A stretch of 64,000 nucleotides of DNA from Dehalococcoidia bacterium (GTDB lineage Bacteria > Chloroflexota > Dehalococcoidia > Plut-88900): contig CBDFLQ010000005.1 of assembly GCA_965249275.1 (NCBI GenBank), positions 640,001 to 704,000 on the forward strand, written 5' to 3'. The notes under the pieces were generated by a model. That model worked only from the letters and a program-made list of their open reading frames with translations. It did not search any database and had not been told where the DNA came from. This document shows, one piece after another, positions 28,732-37,511 of the stretch (positions are counted from its first letter, which is position 1; the number at the start of each line of letters is the position of its first letter). The position numbers and the translations under genes are program-made.

Positions 28732-29634
28732 GTGTGGTTCAAGGGAAACATACACACCCACACCACCCGGTCCGACGGTGACTCCGAGCCCGAAGTCGCC
28801 GTGGACTGGTACCGGCGAAACGGCTACGACTTCCTGGTACTGACCGACCATAACCACGTGACGCTTTTAGAGCACGGGACCGGAGCGGCGCAGGGGCCTT
28901 TGATGATCCCCGGTGAAGAGGTCTCTGTGGAGCTGAACCGTGGGGAGACATCGATTCACCTGGGTGCGATTGGGATCAGGAGTTACATGGAGCCCGTGGA
29001 CGCCGGTGATATCGTCCCGACCCTGCAGGCCAACATCGATGCCGTCCACGCAGCCGGTGGAATCGTCTCCCTGAACCATCCCAACTACACCTGGGCATTC
29101 GACGACCGGCACATAGTGCAGGTCTCGGGGGCGAATCTGCTGGAGATATTCAACGGTAATAACGTACTCAACAACTATGGGGGTGGAGGACGCCCGGGCT
29201 GTGAGGAGATCTGGGACATGGTGCTCACCGCCGGCCGTCCCATATTCGGCGTAGCGGTGGATGATTCCCACCACTTTCAGGGTGACTTCAAGCCGAGCCT
29301 GGCCAATCCGGGCAGAGGGTGGGTGATAGTCGATGCACCAGCGCTGGAGCGGGACGCTGTAGTGGAAGCCCTGGAGGCGGGGACGTTCTATTCCTCCACG
29401 GGTGTTGTGCTGGACGAGTTGGTCATCACCCCGGACAGAATTGAGGTTGCAATCTGCCAAGAGTGGCACATGGCCTACGACACCGAGTTTGTCACGCGGG
29501 GCGGACGAGTGCTGGACCGTGAGTACGGGCTCCGGGCTTCCTACGACGTGCGGGGAGACGAGGGATACGTTAGGGCTCGGGTGCTTGGCTCAGACGGGTC
29601 TCGGGCCTGGACGCAGCCTCTCTTTCTGCCATAG
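28732..29634 (+). CDS. PHP-domain metallohydrolase (CehA/McbA-like)
   Basis: WFKGNIHTHTTRSDG, TDHN, GEE, NHP, DDSH, AWTQP. GTG start is probable (ORF open to 28675). Confidence 0.85.
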   Translation: MWFKGNIHTHTTRSDGDSEPEVAVDWYRRNGYDFLVLTDHNHVTLLEHGTGAAQGPLMIPGEEVSVELNRGETSIHLGAIGIRSYMEPVDAGDIVPTLQANIDAVHAAGGIVSLNHPNYTWAFDDRHIVQVSGANLLEIFNGNNVLNNYGGGGRPGCEEIWDMVLTAGRPIFGVAVDDSHHFQGDFKPSLANPGRGWVIVDAPALERDAVVEALEAGTFYSSTGVVLDELVITPDRIEVAICQEWHMAYDTEFVTRGGRVLDREYGLRASYDVRGDEGYVRARVLGSDGSRAWTQPLFLP

Positions 29635-29878
29635 CCGCAATTTTCTGCGGAACATGCTCCCTCCTCAATTTGACAGTTTTGTTCTATCAGTATAATAATT
29701 GACTTGGAGGCGCTCCTTTGTCGGACGAGTTAGTCCTGCGCGGAGCCAAGTCCATAGTCCCGGCGTTCCACGATAACCGCAAATAACGAGACCCGATTGC
29801 CGACCAATGTGGAACTTTGCCGGACAACCCCGTTAGTTGCCTTTGTATCCTGTATCCTTCTATGACCTGTAGAGTCCC

Positions 29879-31225
29879 ATGCAAACCCTGAACATCGAAA
29901 GAAAAGTTTCCGCCCGAATCCCCACTCCCGTCGCCGAGTTCAGGCTCTTCTATTACTCGAACAACCTGGACGACAAGGAGCATGTCGCTCTAGTCACGGG
30001 TGACGTCACCGATGGGAAAGATGTGCTGGTACGCGTCCACTCCGAGTGCTTTACCGGAGACGTCCTTGGTTCCATGCGCTGCGATTGCGGCAGCCAGCTC
30101 AACCTTTCGATTCAGCGCATAGCGGCAGAGGGGCAGGGTGTGGTCCTTTATCTGCGCCAGGAAGGCCGCGGTATCGGGCTTCTGGAAAAGCTAAAGGCTT
30201 ACAACCTGCAGGACGTGGGCTACGATACTGTCGACGCCAACATCCTCCTGGGTCATGTCGCCGACCTGCGCGATTACGAAGTCGCAGCGCTCATTCTGAA
30301 GGACATCGGCGTCAAGTCCGTACGGGTGCTCACCAATAATCCCTCAAAGATCGACGGGTTGAAGAAGTTCGGTATCGAGGTGTCCTCCAGGGAGGCCCTT
30401 CAGCCGCGTATCACCGTTGAAAACAAGGATTACATAGAGACCAAGGCTTCGCGTCTCGGCCATCTCCTGGACCTGCCGTCCTTGCCGAAGCAGATGGAGT
30501 CGGGGGCCAATGGGACATCTCACACACCTCGCGAGACGAAGAGACGCAACGCTGAGTCGGGTCTTCCGTCGGTGACCCTGTCCTACGCCCAGAGCCTCGA
30601 CGGCTGCATCGCCGTCAAGCCGGGCAGTCCAATCCGCCTCAGCAGTCCCGAGTCGGAGGCGATGACCCACAGCGTTCGGGGTGTCCACGATGCCATATTG
30701 GTCGGCATCGGGACCGTACTAGCGGATGACCCGGGGTTAACGGTCAGGCTTGCTAAAGGGGTACAACCCCAACCCGTAATCCTGGACAGCAAGCTGAGGT
30801 TTCCAATTGATGCCCAACTCCTTGGCGGCAGCAACCTGCGACCCTGGATCGCAACTACAGAGCAGGCATCTACAGATAGGATAAAGGCCCTGGAGGAAGC
30901 AGGGGCCCGCGTCCTGTGCATTCCGTCCAACAGCAGGGGTTGGGTCGATTTGCCTGCCCTTCTGGCCCTCCTTGCCAGTGAGTCTGTCGGTAGCGTCATG
31001 GTGGAAGGAGGGGCTCGGGTCATCACCAGCTTCTTCACCGAGCGGCTGGTAGACCACGTGGTGCTCACCGTCGCGCCTGTTGTTTTGGGCGGCATGAGGG
31101 CGGTCAAGCCAATGGAAGGCGCCTACCCCGAGTTCCCCAGGCTAGCCAACACTGGCTACAAGAAGGTGGGCGACGACATGGTCATCTGGGGAGACCCTGT
31201 CTGGGACCGTCCCCTCGAGGGATGA
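29879..31225 (+). CDS. GTP cyclohydrolase II fused to a RibD-C pyrimidine reductase domain
   Basis: RVHSECFTGD..RCDC, QEGRGIGL, TNNP; then AQSLDG, VGIGTVLADDP, VEGG. Confidence 0.92.
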   Translation: MQTLNIERKVSARIPTPVAEFRLFYYSNNLDDKEHVALVTGDVTDGKDVLVRVHSECFTGDVLGSMRCDCGSQLNLSIQRIAAEGQGVVLYLRQEGRGIGLLEKLKAYNLQDVGYDTVDANILLGHVADLRDYEVAALILKDIGVKSVRVLTNNPSKIDGLKKFGIEVSSREALQPRITVENKDYIETKASRLGHLLDLPSLPKQMESGANGTSHTPRETKRRNAESGLPSVTLSYAQSLDGCIAVKPGSPIRLSSPESEAMTHSVRGVHDAILVGIGTVLADDPGLTVRLAKGVQPQPVILDSKLRFPIDAQLLGGSNLRPWIATTEQASTDRIKALEEAGARVLCIPSNSRGWVDLPALLALLASESVGSVMVEGGARVITSFFTERLVDHVVLTVAPVVLGGMRAVKPMEGAYPEFPRLANTGYKKVGDDMVIWGDPVWDRPLEG

Positions 31226-31229
31226 CCCC

Positions 31230-32249
31230 ATGTCCCACGCCGCCCTAGTTTTCGCTGCCCCATACCGCGTCGAGGTCCAACGCTCCGTTCTCGGAACCCC
31301 TGGCCCCGGCGAGGCGTTAGTCAAGACCCTAGTCTCGGCTATCAGCTCGGGCACGGAGATGCTCTTGTATCGGGGCCAAATGCCCGGCGAGATGGCGGTT
31401 GATGAGTCCATAGCGGCTTTGAACGGGACTTTTCAGTATCCAATCAAGTACGGCTATGCGGCGGTCGGGAGGGTGGAAGAAGTGGGGTCAGGCGAGGTGG
31501 GTGTCGGGCCGGGGGACGTGGTGTTCTCGTTCCGTCCCCATGAAAGCAGTTTTATCTCTCCAACAGCAGAATTGATAAAGGCTCCTGATGGCATTTCGGC
31601 TGAGGATGCTGTGTTTCTGCCCACCATGGAGACTGCCGTGAACCTCGTGATGGACGGCCAGCCTTCCGTCGGGGAGCAGGTGGCGGTATTCGGGCAGGGG
31701 GTGGTCGGGCTTCTGGTCACGGCGCTCCTTTCGGAAATGCCCCTGGCCAGCCTAGTGACGGTAGACCAGCACGAGAGGCGCAGACGGGAGTCGTTAGCCT
31801 TGGGAGCGACTGCAAGCCTCACGCCAGATGACTCGGGTCTCATGCACGCGCTTCAGGGGAGCCGGGACTACAGGGGCGCCGACCTATCATTTGAGCTTTC
31901 GGGTAACCCCGCTGCCTTGGACCAAGCGGTTAAGACTGCCGGGTACAACGGACGGATAGTCGTCGGGTCATGGTATGGGACCAAGGAATCTCGGCTGGAC
32001 CTAGGGGGGCGATTTCACAGAGACCGCATCAGGCTCATCAGCAGCCAGGTCAGCACGATCGCTCCCGAGTGGTCGGGGAGGTGGTCCAAGGCGCGCCGAT
32101 TCGATCTTGCATGGTCGATGATAGAGAAGCTGCGTCCGTCCCGGCTCGTGTCTCACACATTCCCACTCAACGACGCCGGGGCTGCCTACGAACTGCTGGA
32201 CCGGGACCCGGCCAACGCCCTTCAAGTCCTATTTACCTACGATATCTGA
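31230..32249 (+). CDS. Zinc-binding (MDR) dehydrogenase-like protein
   Basis: SAISSGTE, YGYA, GQGVVG, GSWYG, SSQV. Confidence 0.85.
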   Translation: MSHAALVFAAPYRVEVQRSVLGTPGPGEALVKTLVSAISSGTEMLLYRGQMPGEMAVDESIAALNGTFQYPIKYGYAAVGRVEEVGSGEVGVGPGDVVFSFRPHESSFISPTAELIKAPDGISAEDAVFLPTMETAVNLVMDGQPSVGEQVAVFGQGVVGLLVTALLSEMPLASLVTVDQHERRRRESLALGATASLTPDDSGLMHALQGSRDYRGADLSFELSGNPAALDQAVKTAGYNGRIVVGSWYGTKESRLDLGGRFHRDRIRLISSQVSTIAPEWSGRWSKARRFDLAWSMIEKLRPSRLVSHTFPLNDAGAAYELLDRDPANALQVLFTYDI

Positions 32250-32271
32250 TTCCCGCACGGGAGGAGCACCA

Positions 32272-32649
32272 ATGTACACCGTATCGGTCAAACGGGACTT
32301 TATAGCCCAGCACTACCTGGTGGGTGGGGACTGGGGGCCCGAAAATGACCTCAACTCTCATCACTTTGAAATAGAGGTGCTTCTAGAGGGGCCTGAGCTG
32401 GACGAGCACGGATTCCTGGTCGACATCGTGGACATTGAGACTAACCTGGAAGACCTGGTTGACCGCTACGAAGACCACACGCTGAACAGCTTTGACGAGT
32501 TCGAGGGCCTTAACCCGAGCATTGAGCACTTTTCGCGTATTGCTTGCCAGTCTCTCGCCGGCTCAATCAAGACCGCGGGCCTCGCCACCATCACCGTCAA
32601 GATGTACGAAGACGCCGACGCCTGGGCATCCTACCGGCTCGAGCTCTAA
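32272..32649 (+). CDS. PTPS/QueD-fold (COG0720) protein, non-QueD subtype
   Basis: FIAQH, SHHF, GFLVDI, DHTLN, NPSIE, YE; lacks the QueD CxxxHGH motif. Confidence 0.85.
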   Translation: MYTVSVKRDFIAQHYLVGGDWGPENDLNSHHFEIEVLLEGPELDEHGFLVDIVDIETNLEDLVDRYEDHTLNSFDEFEGLNPSIEHFSRIACQSLAGSIKTAGLATITVKMYEDADAWASYRLEL

Positions 32650-33713
32650 TGCACATCGGCCTGGTCGTTTATGGCGACCTGTCTACCGTGTCGGGCGGAT
32701 TCCTGTACGACCGGAAGCTGGTGGAATATCTGCGGGAGTCGGGGGACGAGGTGGAGATTATCTCGCTGCCCTGGCACGGGTACCCACGTCTGCTGGCGCA
32801 TAATTTCTCGCGTAGTTTGCGCAGGAAAATCGACGGGTTGGGGTTAGACTTGCTTTTGCAGGATGAGCTTAACCATCCCTCGCTGTTTCGGCTGAACGGG
32901 GCTCTTCGGGGTCTCCCCATCGTGTCAATCGTCCATCATCTGCGGTCCAAAGAGGCCCATTCCCGTTGGGCAATGCCTGTCTACCGGTGGGCCGAGACCC
33001 GCTACCTTTCCTCGGTGGACGCCTTTGTATTCAACAGCCGAACGACCAGGGCTGACGTCGCCAATGCGATTGGCAGACTAAAGACCAATGTCATTGCCTA
33101 TCCGGGAGGCGACCGGCTGAATCCGGCCATCACGCCCCTGAATGTCATAGAACGAGACAGCGCTGCCGGTCCTCTTCGCCTCCTGTTCCTTGGTAACCTG
33201 ATACAGCGCAAGGGGCTCCACACCCTGGTATCAGCGCTAGCTATATCGGGACCCGGGTGGCGTCTCGACGTGGTGGGGCCGGACGCTGATCGTAAATATG
33301 CCTCCAAGGTCAGGGCACTGGTCTCCGAGAAGAGCCTGTCCAACAGGATTACTTTCAGGGGTGCACTGGATGACGAGGCCCTGGCAGAAGTGTTTCGGGA
33401 ATGCCACGTCCTGGCCGTCCCGTCCACCTACGAAGGGTTCGGAATCGTCTACATGGAAGGGATGGGGTTCGGGCTCCCGGCTCTAGCGACGACTTCCGGA
33501 GCTGCGGTTGAGACCATCCAGCACGGTCATAACGGCTTCCTCATCGCACCCGGTGACATAGCGGGGCTTTCCCAGCACGTAACTCGACTGATCCAGGACC
33601 GGACCCTGCTGGCCGAAATGGGACAGACGGCCCTGAACACCTACGCCGCTCACCCGACTTGGCAGCAAAGTACAGAGACCATCCGCCGTTTCCTACTGAA
33701 AATCGCCCGCTGA
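32649..33713 (+). CDS. Glycosyltransferase family 4
   Basis: SGGFLYD, RKG, EGFGIVYMEG; ATG overlaps the upstream TAA. Confidence 0.88.
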   Translation: MHIGLVVYGDLSTVSGGFLYDRKLVEYLRESGDEVEIISLPWHGYPRLLAHNFSRSLRRKIDGLGLDLLLQDELNHPSLFRLNGALRGLPIVSIVHHLRSKEAHSRWAMPVYRWAETRYLSSVDAFVFNSRTTRADVANAIGRLKTNVIAYPGGDRLNPAITPLNVIERDSAAGPLRLLFLGNLIQRKGLHTLVSALAISGPGWRLDVVGPDADRKYASKVRALVSEKSLSNRITFRGALDDEALAEVFRECHVLAVPSTYEGFGIVYMEGMGFGLPALATTSGAAVETIQHGHNGFLIAPGDIAGLSQHVTRLIQDRTLLAEMGQTALNTYAAHPTWQQSTETIRRFLLKIAR

Positions 33714-33723
33714 GAATTGCGCT

Positions 33724-34644
33724 GTGCCCAATCCCGGAACTGCTGACTACCACCGATATTTGGCGGCCAAGAAGTCCATTGACGACAGGTCTCTCAACCC
33801 ACGGGTTTGGGACTCGCTGGCCCGTGCGCTCCCCGGCACCCGCCCGACGGACGTGTTGGAATTGGGCGCGGGTATCGGTTCGATGGTGCAGAGGGTAATC
33901 GAACGGGGGCTGTTAACGGAATGCCGATACAGAGCCGTTGATTTGGAACCTGGGAACGTGGCGGAGGCTATGCTGAGGTTGCCATCCTGGGCTCGAGAGT
34001 GGGGCCTCTCTGTTGAAGAGTTGGGGGAGGGGGGGCTGCGGTTCTCGGGGGTGGGGACCTTGATGGACCTATCATTCGAAGCGGCCAATGTCGTTGATGT
34101 TCTTAAGAGGCCTGACATCAGCGGGGTCTACGATCTGGTGATAGCCCAGGCGTTTCTCGACCTCGTGGACCTGGGTAGCGTCTTGCCGTTGATCGGTGCG
34201 TCACTCAGGCCTGGGGGACTAATCTACCTCTGCATAAATTTCGACGGGGGCACCATCTTTGATCCGATTATCGATGCTGAGTTGGATGCTCGGGTAGAAG
34301 CCCTCTACCACCGAACGATGGATGAGCGCGTGAGCGACGCCAAACCCTCGGGGGACAGCCGTACGGGGCGGAGGCTTTTCTCGGGGCTGAGAAGAATCGG
34401 AGCGCAGGTGCTGGACGCGGGCCCATCCGACTGGGTGGTGTACCCCACAGCTGACGGCTATGCCGGGGACGGCGATGTTTTTCTACACGCGATCATCGAT
34501 ACCGTACAGGGCGCACTCGAGTCCAGCGAAGAGCTTAGTCGAGAAACTCTAGCTGAGTGGAGCCGAGTGCGGCACGCGCAGGTTGAGGCTCGGGAGCTGG
34601 TGTATATAGCTCACCAACTGGATGTGTTGGCGCGCGTTTCGTGA
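33724..34644 (+). CDS. Class I SAM-dependent methyltransferase
   Basis: VLELGAGIG, AFLDL, LRPGG, SDW. Confidence 0.85.
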   Translation: MPNPGTADYHRYLAAKKSIDDRSLNPRVWDSLARALPGTRPTDVLELGAGIGSMVQRVIERGLLTECRYRAVDLEPGNVAEAMLRLPSWAREWGLSVEELGEGGLRFSGVGTLMDLSFEAANVVDVLKRPDISGVYDLVIAQAFLDLVDLGSVLPLIGASLRPGGLIYLCINFDGGTIFDPIIDAELDARVEALYHRTMDERVSDAKPSGDSRTGRRLFSGLRRIGAQVLDAGPSDWVVYPTADGYAGDGDVFLHAIIDTVQGALESSEELSRETLAEWSRVRHAQVEARELVYIAHQLDVLARVS

Positions 34645-34723
34645 CCTTATTTGCTTTTTCGCCAAGATTCATTTGCGGAACTGCCTACTTAGACTAATTG
34701 GCCGGTTGCAATAGCCTTCCGCC

Positions 34724-34768
34724 GCCCCCCCGCTCATACTTCGAGAACCTCAGCACGAGCGGCCCCTC
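34724..34768 (+). repeat. R2 REP-like repeat (empty allele)
   Basis: CCGCTCATACTTCGAGAACCTCAGCACGAGCGGCCCC. Confidence 0.7.
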
Positions 34769-34869
34769 CCGCGGACCGGTGAGATACGAAAAGGTTCTCT
34801 ATGGAACGGGTAGAATGGTTGCCGCGGAGGCAAGGCAAAATTCCGTTGCCCCAGAGATGAGGTCATTCT

Positions 34870-35661
34870 ATAGATATAGCGGTTGAAATAGTTCTTGGGG
34901 CGGGGCTGGGGTTTGCAGTCGGGGTGACGGGGGTGGGTGGGGCGGCGCTGGCGGTCCCGAGCCTCGTGTTCTTCCTCGGCTTCTCCACGGTGGAAGCCAT
35001 AGCCACGACGTTTCCGTTTACCGCCGCCGTTAAGCTGGCGGGTTTTGCCCAGCACAGCAAGCAGGGCACATTTCACTATCGTATAGGGGCTGCACTGCTT
35101 TTGGGTGGTGTTCCGGGGGCCGTGGTTGGGGTGGCACTTCTTTCGAGACTCTTCGCAGAATATGGTGATTCGCTGGAGGTGTGGGTGAACCTCTGCATCG
35201 GGTTGCTGGTGCTCATAGGGGCTGCTCTTCTGGTCGTACAGATAAGGCTGAAACGCAGGAGCGTGGAGCAGCAAGGAAATGGGTTGAGCCCGAAGAAATG
35301 GTTGGCGGGGTCGGGGGTGGGGGGTGCACTGGGCCTGATCATGGGCGCAACCTCGGTGGGGGCGGGCACGCTGATGACCGCGCCCGTGCTGCTGATATTC
35401 CGCATCTCTGCGGACAAGGTGGTGGGTACGACGATTGGGGTGTCGCTGGTGCTGATGGTAATCGGGACGCTGGGGTATCTGAGCCAGGACCTAGTGGGCT
35501 GGAGTACGGTCCTGTTCCTGAGCATCGGGGCAGTGCCTGCAGTGATAGTCGGGAGCAGGCTCACGACCCGAATCCCCGAAAGGGTGCTCATCGCGGCACT
35601 TACGGCCATGATGCTGACGGCGTCCGGGAGCCTCCTGGCGAAGGCGGCCCTGGGGTTCTGA
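34870..35661 (+). CDS. TauE/SafE (TSUP) family membrane protein
   Basis: GVTGVGG and GATSVGAG half-repeats. N-terminal helix extends to ATA 34870, with a GAGGT RBS. Confidence 0.82.
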   Translation: MDIAVEIVLGAGLGFAVGVTGVGGAALAVPSLVFFLGFSTVEAIATTFPFTAAVKLAGFAQHSKQGTFHYRIGAALLLGGVPGAVVGVALLSRLFAEYGDSLEVWVNLCIGLLVLIGAALLVVQIRLKRRSVEQQGNGLSPKKWLAGSGVGGALGLIMGATSVGAGTLMTAPVLLIFRISADKVVGTTIGVSLVLMVIGTLGYLSQDLVGWSTVLFLSIGAVPAVIVGSRLTTRIPERVLIAALTAMMLTASGSLLAKAALGF

Positions 35662-35736
35662 AGCACGGGCCACAGTTGACACCAGGCCGCCATCTCAATA
35701 TGTTTTGACCCACACCTATTTCCCGAGGAGTTAGCC

Positions 35737-36927
35737 ATGACTAAAGAGCAGATCACCGCCGAAGGCATCTATTCTACCGAGGCCCTAAAGTTCGCTCATG
35801 GGATCAAGTCAGGCAATGTCCTATACACCTCTGGGATTGTGGCTCGGGGGCCGGACGGCGAGATCGTGGGCAAGGGAGACGTCGAGGCCCAGGCACACCA
35901 GGTATATCAGAACCTGGAGGCGATACTGGCGGCCGCCGGGGCCACGTGGAACGACGTGGTCAAGTACAACACCTACCTTGCCAACCCCGAGGACAGGCAG
36001 AAGGCGCGGGAGGTGCATTTCCAGTATTTGCCCTACTACCAGAGAGCAGGGGCCACTGTATCCATGCCTCTGCTCCTCTCCGACTTGCTTATAGAGGTCG
36101 ACCTGATCGCCTATATCGGCCAGCCGAAGTTCAGCCTCAGCAACGTGCCGGACACCTTCGTGCCTCTGGGCTCTCCTCATTCCGTCCGGGTTGGGGACAC
36201 TATCTACGTTACCGGTCAGCAGCCGATTGCAGGGAAGCAACCTGTACTATCGGGCGGTAAGCTCGGGAACGTCGCGTCCCATGAAGCGGAAACCATTGGC
36301 AAAGGTGATTTCGTTGCGCAGGCCGAGGCTGTCTACAAGAACTTCGACAACATCCTCAAGGCCAACGGGGCCGATTGGACGAACGTGGTATGGAGCCACG
36401 GATACGTCACCCGGCACGACGTGATCAACGACTACCGGGATGTCCGTTACCGCTACCACCGTTCCGGCCAAGTGGCTGCGACGTCGGTGGTGTGCGGCCT
36501 TGTAGGGCCTGAGTGGATGATCGAGTCGGAGATCATAGCGTCGATGGCGCCGCGTGAGTCTTTCACGGTGCCTGGGGTCTCGGTGTCACCGGGTGTGGCC
36601 CACGCTGTGAGGGCGGGAAACACTCTCTACGTTCAGGGACAGGTAGGCAGGAACTCGCAGGACGAAACGGTGGGCGCAGGGGACTTCGACGCCCAGGCTG
36701 CCCAAGTCTACAAGAACCTTGACGATATTCTGAGGGGAGTCGGGGTTTCCTGGGACAAGGTGGTGCGCATCAAGTCTTACCTGGTAGACCGGGCCCACGG
36801 CCCGGCGGTCAGGAGGGTGAGGGACCGATACCTGAAACCCGGGGCCTACACCAGCACGACCGTGGTCGCGGGTTTCTTCAAGCCCGAATACATGCTGGAA
36901 GTGGAAGCGGTGGCCGTCCTCGACTAG
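35737..36927 (+). CDS. Protein with three tandem Rid/YjgF domains
   Basis: Three repeats of G..LY..G..G.GD..AQ...VY.N...IL......W..VV...E.E/D. Confidence 0.88.
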   Translation: MTKEQITAEGIYSTEALKFAHGIKSGNVLYTSGIVARGPDGEIVGKGDVEAQAHQVYQNLEAILAAAGATWNDVVKYNTYLANPEDRQKAREVHFQYLPYYQRAGATVSMPLLLSDLLIEVDLIAYIGQPKFSLSNVPDTFVPLGSPHSVRVGDTIYVTGQQPIAGKQPVLSGGKLGNVASHEAETIGKGDFVAQAEAVYKNFDNILKANGADWTNVVWSHGYVTRHDVINDYRDVRYRYHRSGQVAATSVVCGLVGPEWMIESEIIASMAPRESFTVPGVSVSPGVAHAVRAGNTLYVQGQVGRNSQDETVGAGDFDAQAAQVYKNLDDILRGVGVSWDKVVRIKSYLVDRAHGPAVRRVRDRYLKPGAYTSTTVVAGFFKPEYMLEVEAVAVLD

Positions 36928-36931
36928 CCCG

Positions 36932-37348
36932 CTAGCAGTTTGTCAGGGGGCTGTGAAGCGAACCCACCGAGTCGGGGGAGATGACCACTACGCGTCGCTC
37001 CTCGCCGGGCTGGTGGAAGGGGTACTCGTCCAGGCCGAGGTATTTCTTGGCAAGCTTGTCGATGTGCTTGCCCTCGTGATCGGGTTTGATCTCGGTGACC
37101 CGGCCCCGGACAAAGACGGCTTCGTAGGGCTTGTCCTGGCCGATAATCGAGACTGCGACACGGGGGTCTCTGCGAAAGTTTTTGACCTTGATCGTCGTCT
37201 CGTCGCAGTTGATCACTATGTCGTTTCCTACAGCCTCGCACCATACGGCGGATGCCTGGGGCGATCCGTCCCGCATGAGGGAAGTGACGTGGGCGAAGTT
37301 CTTGCCCTGGAATAATTCTCGTGCGTCATCCGGTAGGTTTACAGTCAA
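36932..37348 (-). CDS. PPOX-class F420-dependent oxidoreductase
   Basis: NFAH..DGSPQ..VW, K.KN..RDPRV, LAKKY; TTG start with GGAGG. Confidence 0.85.
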   Translation of the reverse strand: MTVNLPDDARELFQGKNFAHVTSLMRDGSPQASAVWCEAVGNDIVINCDETTIKVKNFRRDPRVAVSIIGQDKPYEAVFVRGRVTEIKPDHEGKHIDKLAKKYLGLDEYPFHQPGEERRVVVISPDSVGSLHSPLTNC

Positions 37349-37398
37349 TTTTGCTCCTCCATGTATAGGTCTTTACGTGAGTGTTCTAAAAGCAGGAT

Positions 37399-37456
37399 CA
37401 CCCTCACCCTAGCCCTCACGCCTCAGCGCATCTGCGACTCATTGAGGGAGAGGGGA
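37399..37456 (+). repeat. R1 REP-like palindrome with a 21-bp insertion (37418-37438)
   Basis: CCCTCACCCTAGCCCTC[ACGCCTCAGCGCATCTGCGAC]TC..GAGGGAGAGGGG. Confidence 0.75.
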
Positions 37457-37511
37457 CAAGACGGCTTTTATAGTCACCGTTGGCAGGGATAACTGTTGGT
37501 CTCATGTAGGA

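Noticed and set aside
29640-29878. FMN riboswitch or strong promoter upstream of the GCH-II fusion
   Set aside because: No RFN consensus. TTGACA and TATAAT are only 15 bp apart, so it is not called as a feature.
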